Source: Ignavibacteria bacterium
GTDB lineage: Bacteria > Bacteroidota > Ignavibacteria > Kapaibacteriales > UBA2268
Assembly: GCA_037440445.1 (NCBI GenBank)
Contig: JBBIUA010000005.1
Span: 73,100 to 137,099, forward strand
Reading direction: 5' to 3'
DNA length: 64,000 bases
The translations under genes were made by a program, and so were the position numbers. The first letter of the stretch is position 1. Every line of letters begins with the position of its first letter. Below the pieces are notes generated by a model, which worked only from the letters and a program-made list of their open reading frames with translations, was not told the origin of the DNA and did not search any database. Below are positions 56,399-64,000 of this stretch, one piece after another.

Positions 56399-58534
56399 AT
56401 GGATGTATATGAAACTAAAAAAATTCGAAATATTGCATTAACAGGTCATTTCAATACTGGAAAAACAATTTTTTCTGATTGTTTGCTTTATTATGGTAAA
56501 GTTATTAATCGACGTGGAACAATCGAGGATGATTCGACTCAATCTGATTTTAACGAGGTTGAGCATGAGAGAAAATCCTCTGTTCTTTCTTCTCTATTAT
56601 TTATAGAACACAATGGGTTCAAAATCAATTTTATTGATACCCCTGGAATGGACGACTTTATCGGCGAAGTGGTTCCGGCTATTAATGTTGTCGAAACTGC
56701 ATTTATTTTTGTTAACGCCCAAAATGGGGTCGAAGTTGGTACAGAAAATGCCTGGAATTTTGCCACAAATTATAAGACCCCTACAGTTTTTGTTTTTAAC
56801 AAACTTGATTTAGACCAAGCAAATTTCAAGGAAACTTTCAATCAACTTCGTGAAGTATTTGGAAGAAAAGTTATTGCTCTTCATATTCCAGTGTCGGTTG
56901 GTCCATCTTTCAAATCCTTTTATAATATTTTGGATATGAAACTTTACGAATACAATGATGATTCTGGAAATGCTTCAGTAAAAGACATTCCTGAATCTGA
57001 AAAGTCCAAAATGGAATCGTTTCGGAATGAATTAGTTGAAATGATTGCAGAAACAGATGAAGCTTTGATGGATAAATACTTTGAAACTGGTAATCTTGAT
57101 GATGAGTTTCTTATTCCTGCTCTTAAAAAAGCCATTATTTCCAGAGATATTTTCCCGGTGATTTGTGTTAATTCGAAAAATAATATTGGAACTGATTATT
57201 TTGTGAATTTTGTAATAAATTTTTGTCCTGCCCCAGATGAAATTGAAGGTAGGGTGACCCGTTCAGGAAATATTCAAAAGGTTGACCCAAACTTACCTGC
57301 TTCATTGTTTGTATTTAAGTTAACCAGCGAGGCTCATCTTGGCGATATGACATTTTTTAAAGTACAAACTGGGAAAATTACCCCAGGAATTGATTTAGTT
57401 AATGAGCAAAAGTCCCAGATAGAAAGGTTGAATCAAATTTTTGTAATAAATGGAAAGAAAAGAATTGATGTATCGCAAATTAATGCTGGCGATATTGGTG
57501 CAACAGTTAAATTAAAATTTACGCATGTAAATCATACCCTCCACGAAAAAGGGTTTAATATTGATTACGCTCCAATTGAATTCCCTAATCCTCGAATTCG
57601 AATTGCAGTTGCTCCAAAGAATAAAGGTGAAGAGGAAAAAGTTGGAACTTCTTTGAATAATCTTCACCTTGAGGACCCAACTCTTATTGTAGAACATTCT
57701 CCGGAATTAAAGCAAATTATTTTGTATGCCCAAGGTGAACAACATTTGGCTGTTGCAAAATGGCGTTTAGAACATCGGTATAAAGTTGAAATCGAATTTA
57801 AAGACCCGAGAGTTCCTTATAGAGAAACTATTCAGAAACAGGTAAGAGGGATGTATCGACATAAAAAACAAACTGGTGGGGCAGGCCAGTTTGCTGAGGT
57901 TCATATGATGATTGAACCTTATGTAGAAGGTGCTCCAATTCCTTCTGAATTTACAGTCCGAGGCAGGGAAGTTTACGAACTTGATTGGGGAGGAAAACTT
58001 GAGTTTGTAAATTGTATTGTAGGTGGTGTTATCGACCAAAGATTTATGCCTGCAATTCTAAAAGGCGTTATGGAGAAAATGCAGGAAGGTCCCTTAACTG
58101 GTTCCTATGTGCGCGATATTCGAGTTGTGATTTACGATGGTAAAATGCACCCAGTTGATTCCAATGAAGCCGCTTTTAAAACTGCTGGAATGATGGTATT
58201 TAAAGAAAATTTTGTGAAAGCAGATCCAAAGATTTTGGAACCAATATATAATGTCGAGATTAAAGTTCCCGAAGAATTTGTTGGAGACGTTATGAGTGAT
58301 CTACCGAGCCGAAGGGGTGTAATTATGGGTATTGAGCACGAAGGGCGTTACCAAGTTATTAAAGCAAGAATGCCATTAGCAGAACTTGATAAATATTCGA
58401 CTGCTTTGCGTTCTATGACACAAGCAAGAGCGACTCACACGCAATCTTTTGCAGAATACCAAGTTGTTCCACCTCAGATACAACAAAAACTTATTGAAGA
58501 ATATAAGAAACGGATAGAGGAAGAAGGCGAATAA
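56399..58534 (+). CDS. Elongation factor G paralog (EF-G-like translational GTPase)
   Basis: P-loop GHFNTGKT, G3 DTPGM and G4 NKLD, followed by EF-G domains II-V (e.g. GGAGQFAEV, and PILEPIY-like ILEPIYNVEI). SD GGAG lies 6 nt before ATG 56399. There is no str-operon context. Confidence 0.8.
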   Translation: MDVYETKKIRNIALTGHFNTGKTIFSDCLLYYGKVINRRGTIEDDSTQSDFNEVEHERKSSVLSSLLFIEHNGFKINFIDTPGMDDFIGEVVPAINVVETAFIFVNAQNGVEVGTENAWNFATNYKTPTVFVFNKLDLDQANFKETFNQLREVFGRKVIALHIPVSVGPSFKSFYNILDMKLYEYNDDSGNASVKDIPESEKSKMESFRNELVEMIAETDEALMDKYFETGNLDDEFLIPALKKAIISRDIFPVICVNSKNNIGTDYFVNFVINFCPAPDEIEGRVTRSGNIQKVDPNLPASLFVFKLTSEAHLGDMTFFKVQTGKITPGIDLVNEQKSQIERLNQIFVINGKKRIDVSQINAGDIGATVKLKFTHVNHTLHEKGFNIDYAPIEFPNPRIRIAVAPKNKGEEEKVGTSLNNLHLEDPTLIVEHSPELKQIILYAQGEQHLAVAKWRLEHRYKVEIEFKDPRVPYRETIQKQVRGMYRHKKQTGGAGQFAEVHMMIEPYVEGAPIPSEFTVRGREVYELDWGGKLEFVNCIVGGVIDQRFMPAILKGVMEKMQEGPLTGSYVRDIRVVIYDGKMHPVDSNEAAFKTAGMMVFKENFVKADPKILEPIYNVEIKVPEEFVGDVMSDLPSRRGVIMGIEHEGRYQVIKARMPLAELDKYSTALRSMTQARATHTQSFAEYQVVPPQIQQKLIEEYKKRIEEEGE

Positions 58535-58561
58535 TTTTCCACCTTCGGTTTTTGATTATTA

Positions 58562-58595
58562 GTGAAGAATCTCCTTGTAGATTCTTCACTTTTTT
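58562..58595 (+). terminator. Rho-independent terminator after the EF-G paralog
   Basis: GTGAAGAATCT-CCTTGT-AGATTCTTCAC followed by T6. Confidence 0.7.
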
Positions 58596-58642
58596 AAATT
58601 TATTAAGTTTGAATTTTATTTTTGGAATTGATAGGGAGGAAA

Positions 58643-60148
58643 ATGGATTTATTAGAATTAAATGACCAAAGAGCAAGAAGAAGAGAAGAATTGGAATATC
58701 TTGAAAAATTTGGCTTAAATCCTTATCCATATTCTTTCGAAAAAACAATTTCAGCAAAAGAAATCCTTGAGAATTTCAAAAACGAGGAACCAGAAAAATT
58801 TCAAGATGTTTCTATTGCTGGGCGAATAATGTCATTTCGAAGAATGGGTAAAGCTACTTTTTGCGATATACAGGATGAAACAAATAGGATTCAAGTATAT
58901 TTCCGGAAGAATGATATTCCTGAAACCTATGATTTGTTGAAATATCTTGATATTGGAGATATAATTGGTGTAAAAGGCTTTGTGTTTCTAACGAAAATGG
59001 GCGAAATTACCGTTCATTGCAAAGAATATAAAATTCTGTGTAAATCCTTAACTCCTATTCCAGTTCCTAAAATTGAAGAAGATGAGCAAGGGAATAGAAT
59101 AGTTCACGACCAATTCACCGATAAGGAACAACGTTATCGAAGAAGATACTTGGATTTAATTGTTAATACAGAAGTTCGAGATGTTTTTCGAAAAAGAGCA
59201 AAGATAATTAAGTTTATCCGTAACTATTTTGATGAACGTGGTTGGTTGGAAGTTGAAACGCCCATCCTTCAACCAATATATGGTGGAGCAACTGCTCGAC
59301 CATTTATTACACATCATAACGCTTTAGATATTGATTTGTATCTTCGGATTGCTGATGAATTATATTTGAAAAGATTGATTGTAGGAGGTTTCGAAGGTGT
59401 TTATGAAATCAGCAAAAATTTCCGAAACGAAGGAATGGATAAAATGCACAACCCTGAATTTACTGCTCTCGAGATATATGTGGCTTACAAAGATTATTTT
59501 TGGGTGATGGAATTAGTTGAAGATTTACTCAATGGACTTGTTATAAATCTACATGGAAAAGAAAATATTATTTACGATGGTAAAGAAATATCTTTTCGAA
59601 AACCTTTTTTTCGGGAAAAAATGTTCGATTTGTTTAAAAAATTTACAGGCGAAGACTTAAAAGGTAAAAATGAAGCGGAGCTTTTGGAAGTGGCAAAACG
59701 ATTTGATTTGGTTGTTCCAGAAAATGCAAGTCGTGCCAAAATTCTCGATGAAATCTTTTCTGAGATTGTTCAGCCAAATTTAATTCAACCTACCTTTGTT
59801 GTAGATTATCCTATTGAAATGTCTCCTCTTGCTAAAAAACACCGAAAGGAAGAAGGATTGGTGGAACGCTTCGAATTATTTATTAATGGTTTTGAAATTG
59901 CAAATGCATTCAGTGAATTGAATGACCCACGAGACCAAAGAGCAAGATTTGAAGAGCAAGCTCGACTTAGGGCAAAAGGAGATGAAGAAGCAATGGTAAT
60001 TGACGAAGATTTTCTTTATGCTCTTGAAGTTGGAATGCCTCCGACAGGTGGTTTAGGAATTGGTATAGATCGCCTTGTTATGTTACTAACAAATCAAAAA
60101 TCCATTCGTGATGTTATTCTTTTCCCTCAAATGAAACCTGAAATATAA
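58643..60148 (+). CDS. lysS: Lysyl-tRNA synthetase, class II
   Basis: OB-fold N-domain and class II motifs ([19 protein letters not shown]). SD AGGGAGGA precedes ATG 58643. Confidence 0.95.
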   Translation: MDLLELNDQRARRREELEYLEKFGLNPYPYSFEKTISAKEILENFKNEEPEKFQDVSIAGRIMSFRRMGKATFCDIQDETNRIQVYFRKNDIPETYDLLKYLDIGDIIGVKGFVFLTKMGEITVHCKEYKILCKSLTPIPVPKIEEDEQGNRIVHDQFTDKEQRYRRRYLDLIVNTEVRDVFRKRAKIIKFIRNYFDERGWLEVETPILQPIYGGATARPFITHHNALDIDLYLRIADELYLKRLIVGGFEGVYEISKNFRNEGMDKMHNPEFTALEIYVAYKDYFWVMELVEDLLNGLVINLHGKENIIYDGKEISFRKPFFREKMFDLFKKFTGEDLKGKNEAELLEVAKRFDLVVPENASRAKILDEIFSEIVQPNLIQPTFVVDYPIEMSPLAKKHRKEEGLVERFELFINGFEIANAFSELNDPRDQRARFEEQARLRAKGDEEAMVIDEDFLYALEVGMPPTGGLGIGIDRLVMLLTNQKSIRDVILFPQMKPEI

Positions 60149-60152
60149 CGCG

Positions 60153-60581
60153 ATGAACATTATTTTGCCAAAATTTTTTTGGTTCTTTTGGAAAGTCAGT
60201 TACAACTTTGCTAAAAAACTTAGGCTTGGTTCCACTTTAGAAGAATTAGTGATACTTTCAGTTTTTGGTCTTTCAGTTTTTTTTTCAATTTTCTTTGCAA
60301 GTATCTTATTGTTTTTGCAAATTGAGAAGAAATTTGGTCTTGACACCAAAATCATTTCGTTATTATTTTTCATAATTATTTCCGCAATTCAATTAAAGTT
60401 TTTTTTCGGGAAAAGCAAAAATTTAGTTAATTTTCAAAATTGTATAGTTCAATTTAAAGATGTGGTGTTTTTCTTTTTGCTTTGGTTAATTGCTTTGATT
60501 GTTTTAGGTGTTGCTATGATTTATGATTATTTCAGTGGAAATTGGTTTTTATTATTTGATTATTTAAAAAGTGAATATTAA
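60153..60581 (+). CDS. Hypothetical small membrane protein
   Basis: 142 aa with about 3-4 hydrophobic helices. Tightly packed between lysS and the M50 protease gene. No family recognised. Confidence 0.45.
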   Translation: MNIILPKFFWFFWKVSYNFAKKLRLGSTLEELVILSVFGLSVFFSIFFASILLFLQIEKKFGLDTKIISLLFFIIISAIQLKFFFGKSKNLVNFQNCIVQFKDVVFFFLLWLIALIVLGVAMIYDYFSGNWFLLFDYLKSEY

Positions 60582-61652
60582 ATGAATCACTATGAATTTT
60601 TTCCCTATCGTCAGCCAACTTTACTGAGAAAAAAATCCTCCTTTTGGGTTCATCTTGTTCTATTTTTGGCTACTTTTCTTACTACTACAATTGCCGGTGC
60701 TCAGTGGGCAATGAAAAATTATTATGATATTTCTAACTGGCATTATGGTTTGTTGTATGCTATTTTGATAATGACTTTTCTTACTTCCCACGAAATGGGT
60801 CATTACATTGCTTCAAAAATTCACAAAGTTGATGCCTCTTTGCCATATTTCATTCCTGTCCCTTTTCCCGAGTTAATGTTGTTTGGTACTTTTGGTGCTG
60901 TTATTGCCACAAGGTCACCAATACCTAATCGAAAGGTTTTGTTCGATATAGGTATTTCTGGTCCACTTTCTGGTTTTATTGTTTCAATGGCTTTTTTGAT
61001 TTTTGGTTTAGTAACTCTACCCCCAAAAGAATTTATTTATTCTATACACCCCGAATATCTTTTGAACTACGGTGGGGAGATTCCCAATACAGGATTGACT
61101 TTTGGAAATACTTTGTTGTATTCCATATTAACCAAAATATTTGCAAATCCTAATGGCTGGCTTCCACCTATGAACGAAATTTATCATTATCCTTTCCTAT
61201 GTGTTGGTTGGTTTGGTTTATTCGTTACGGTTATTAATCTATTGCCTTTTGGTCAACTTGATGGTGGACATATAATTTATTCGATGTTTGGTAACAAACA
61301 ATATAAGATAGCTAAGTTTTTGTGGTGGACTATGATTATTTATGGATTGGGTTCTTTATTCAATTCTCTTTACGAACTTTTCTATAATATTGATCTTCCA
61401 TATAAATTGTATATTTTTTTACAAAATAGTTTATTGCCTTTTTTAAAATTCTTAAAAGAAAAGTTTCCTTTTTGGATGAATGCTTGGGGAGGGTGGTTAT
61501 TTTGGGGTTTGGTTGTTAAATTATTCATTAAACTTCCACATCCATATATTCCAACCTTTGAACCACTCGGAACTTTTAGAAGATTACTTGGTTATATTGC
61601 AATATTGATTTTAATTTTATCGTTTCCCCCTTATGGTATATATTTTAAATAG
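60582..61652 (+). CDS. Site-2 protease family (M50) membrane metalloprotease
   Basis: HEMGH (60789-60803) and NLLPFGQLDGGH motifs in a polytopic membrane protein. Confidence 0.8.
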   Translation: MNHYEFFPYRQPTLLRKKSSFWVHLVLFLATFLTTTIAGAQWAMKNYYDISNWHYGLLYAILIMTFLTSHEMGHYIASKIHKVDASLPYFIPVPFPELMLFGTFGAVIATRSPIPNRKVLFDIGISGPLSGFIVSMAFLIFGLVTLPPKEFIYSIHPEYLLNYGGEIPNTGLTFGNTLLYSILTKIFANPNGWLPPMNEIYHYPFLCVGWFGLFVTVINLLPFGQLDGGHIIYSMFGNKQYKIAKFLWWTMIIYGLGSLFNSLYELFYNIDLPYKLYIFLQNSLLPFLKFLKEKFPFWMNAWGGWLFWGLVVKLFIKLPHPYIPTFEPLGTFRRLLGYIAILILILSFPPYGIYFK

Positions 61653-61656
61653 TATT

Positions 61657-62940
61657 ATGAAATTTTTTGTATTTGTATTCTGCTTATTATTTGCCAATCT
61701 GGTGCATTCTCAAGATAAAGAAAAAGAAACATTCTTTTTTGATGCAATATGTTTCAAGTCAAACATTGATACTTTATCGCGTATAGATGTTTATGTTCTT
61801 GTTCCTTACAGTTCCCTTTCTTTCTTCAAATTCGAAGACAGATTTGTTGCGGAATTCGATCTGACTATTTCTTTAAAAGATTCATCTGGTAAGTTAGTAA
61901 ATTCACGAAGCTATTCAAAAAAAGTTTCTGAAAGTGAACAACTTGAAACTCTCGGGTATTCTGCCAAGTTCACCCCCTTTTATTACAGTTTTCTTGTAAA
62001 GGAAGGAAATTATTCTATTAACCTAACTTTTTATGATAAAAATTCAGGGTATAGTTCTTCAAAAAGTCGAACAACAAATGCTTTGAACTTTTCCCGTTTC
62101 GATTTCGCTATTTCTGGTTTGATGTATCTTTCCGATATTGAAGAGGTAAACTGCATGTTTAAAATCACACCGTACCTTTCTGACAATCTAGGCAATTTGG
62201 AAAAAGTATTCATTTTTTTTGAAACTTATCAAAAAGTGAAGCAATACGATTCCATTGATGTTGTTTACATAATTTTAGACTTTAAGAGTAAAGAAGTTTA
62301 TCGAAGTCCAAGAAAAAACTATTCAGTGAAAGATGATTCTCAAATTTTTATTCCTTTAACTAAACCTTCTTTATTGAATCAAGGTCGTTACTTCGTTCGT
62401 GTTGTTGCTTTAAAACCTAAGTTATTTAGTGACTCATTATTCAAAGAAAGCGAAATCCTTTCTATTGCTGAAAGGGGATTTGAGTTTAATCCAAGTATCA
62501 CAAATTTGGTGATTACAAATTTGGATAAATCTATAAGACAACTTAAATATGTTGCTTATCAAAATGATATCGATTATATCAACGAGGGTAAGACATACGA
62601 AGAGAAACTAAAGAGGTTTCTGGAATTCTGGAAAAAACTTGATCCAACCCCTTCAACTGAATTTAACGAAGCATTTGAGGAATATTATCAAAGAGTTTAT
62701 TATGCTAACAATGCTTTTAGATCGTATATAGAAGGATGGCAAACTGATAGAGGCATGGTTTATATCGTTCTTGGACCTCCCGCAACTATTCAGACTCAAT
62801 CTGATTTTACCTATAATCGAACTTATGAGATTTGGAACTACACGACTAAGACCTTTATTTTTGTTGATTACAGTGGTTTTGGTGATTATCGTTTATACTC
62901 TCCCCCATCTTTTTCACAAAAGTATTCCTATAAACCATAG
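61657..62940 (+). CDS. GWxTD domain-containing secreted protein
   Basis: Signal peptide (MKFFVFVFCLLFANLVHSQ). GWQTDRGMVYIVLGPP lies at 62734 onward. Confidence 0.75.
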   Translation: MKFFVFVFCLLFANLVHSQDKEKETFFFDAICFKSNIDTLSRIDVYVLVPYSSLSFFKFEDRFVAEFDLTISLKDSSGKLVNSRSYSKKVSESEQLETLGYSAKFTPFYYSFLVKEGNYSINLTFYDKNSGYSSSKSRTTNALNFSRFDFAISGLMYLSDIEEVNCMFKITPYLSDNLGNLEKVFIFFETYQKVKQYDSIDVVYIILDFKSKEVYRSPRKNYSVKDDSQIFIPLTKPSLLNQGRYFVRVVALKPKLFSDSLFKESEILSIAERGFEFNPSITNLVITNLDKSIRQLKYVAYQNDIDYINEGKTYEEKLKRFLEFWKKLDPTPSTEFNEAFEEYYQRVYYANNAFRSYIEGWQTDRGMVYIVLGPPATIQTQSDFTYNRTYEIWNYTTKTFIFVDYSGFGDYRLYSPPSFSQKYSYKP

Positions 62941-62948
62941 GAGAAATT

Positions 62949-64000
62949 ATGGATCTTTCGATTTCTGGGAATATTGTCGATATTATTGAAAAAAACATCT
63001 TCCCTGGTACTATTTTTGTTTCCAATGGCGTCATTATTGAAATAAAAAAAGAAAAAAATGTTAAATATTCAAACTATATTTTACCAGGTTTTATTGACTC
63101 GCATATTCATATTGAAAGTTCTATGCTTCCACCAAGTGAATTTGCTAGAAATGCTGTACGATTTGGTACTGTTGCTACTGTATCCGACCCACATGAAATT
63201 GCCAATGTTTGCGGCATCGAAGGTATCCAATTTATGCTCGAAGACGCTTCCAATACACCATTGAAGTTTTTCTTTGGTGCTCCTTCCTGTGTTCCAGCAA
63301 CCAATTTCGAGACTTCTGGTGCAAGATTGGGTGTTAAGGAAGTTGAGTTTCTTTTCAAAAAACTGGATATTTCTTATTTAAGTGAAATGATGAATTTTCC
63401 TGGGGTTATTAACGAAGACCCAGAAGTTATTTCTAAGATAGAAATTGCACATAAATTTGGTGTTCCAATTGATGGTCATTGCCCTGGTTTGAGAGGTGAT
63501 GATTTAAGAAAATATATCTCAAAAGGAATCCTAACAGACCATGAATCTTTGACAATAGAGGAATCTGAAGAAAAAATTTCAAATGGAATGAAAATACTTA
63601 TCCGTGAAGGTTCTGCAGCGAAAAATTTTCAAGAATTAATTCCCCTTTTAAAACGTTATCCTTCTATGGTTATGTTCTGCTCAGATGATTTACATCCATT
63701 TGACTTAGAAAAGGGACACATCAACCTTCTTGTTCGTAGAGCACTCCAAATGGGTTTCGATTTATTTGATGTGTTGAGAGCAGCTTCGTTAAATCCAATA
63801 ATTCATTATGGTCTACTCGTCGGCTTATTAAAAGTGGGCGACGATGCTGATTTTATTGTTGTAGATAACCTTGAAAATCTGAATATTCTTGAAACTTATA
63901 TTCAAGGTAGATTAGTTGCTAAAGATGGAGTATCTTTGATTGAAAAAGAATCTTCAAAAATTGTTAACAATTTCAATATTGAACCAATAAATGTTGATTC
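62949..64000 (+). CDS. ade: Adenine deaminase (3' end outside window)
   Basis: Own translation. SD AGGAG. Motifs are PGFIDSHIHIESSM, DGHCPGL, TDHES, IREGSAAKN and FCSDDLHP. The frame stays open to the window end, so it is absent from the ORF track. Confidence 0.85.
   Translation, partial: MDLSISGNIVDIIEKNIFPGTIFVSNGVIIEIKKEKNVKYSNYILPGFIDSHIHIESSMLPPSEFARNAVRFGTVATVSDPHEIANVCGIEGIQFMLEDASNTPLKFFFGAPSCVPATNFETSGARLGVKEVEFLFKKLDISYLSEMMNFPGVINEDPEVISKIEIAHKFGVPIDGHCPGLRGDDLRKYISKGILTDHESLTIEESEEKISNGMKILIREGSAAKNFQELIPLLKRYPSMVMFCSDDLHPFDLEKGHINLLVRRALQMGFDLFDVLRAASLNPIIHYGLLVGLLKVGDDADFIVVDNLENLNILETYIQGRLVAKDGVSLIEKESSKIVNNFNIEPINVD

Noticed and set aside
1-64000. Search for CRISPR arrays, IS elements/transposases, prophage genes, toxin-antitoxin pairs or known defence systems
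   Set aside because: None found. Every intergenic gap is 266 nt or shorter, and all sizeable ORFs are accounted for by housekeeping or envelope functions.

Overview
AT-rich (roughly one-third G+C by eye), very gene-dense bacterial chromosome segment. I count about 50 CDS and one tRNA. I found no rRNA, CRISPR array, IS element, integrase, prophage or recognisable defence genes. Most genes are housekeeping: nuoM/N, guaA, secA, sucD, ndk, ruvC, leuS, purS/Q, pssA/psd, dnaN/recF, rpsP/ffh, fumC, lysS and ade. Between them sit cell-envelope genes typical of the FCB superphylum: the type IX secretion (T9SS) pair porU-porV, at least two proteins with T9SS C-terminal sorting domains, a GWxTD protein, lamin-tail/FlgD-Ig and PD40/OmpA proteins, and GT9 heptosyltransferases. 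Clear Shine-Dalgarno sites alongside these T9SS genes suggest an Ignavibacteriota-like lineage rather than classical Bacteroidia; this is inference only. I do not see a clear-cut novel system. The candidates most worth follow-up are: (1) a 1594-aa T9SS adhesin with seven eukaryote-type Ig modules plus an orphan upstream gene; (2) a stand-alone EF-G paralog whose catalytic His is replaced (DTPGM); (3) an S41-like secreted protein that appears to lack the catalytic Ser/Lys and is translationally coupled to an aldehyde dehydrogenase; (4) a tight Ig-lipoprotein/CHAD/fRMsr/lamin-tail cluster; (5) a translationally coupled GT9-GT9-porin unit. All functional calls come from motif recognition by eye, with no database search.
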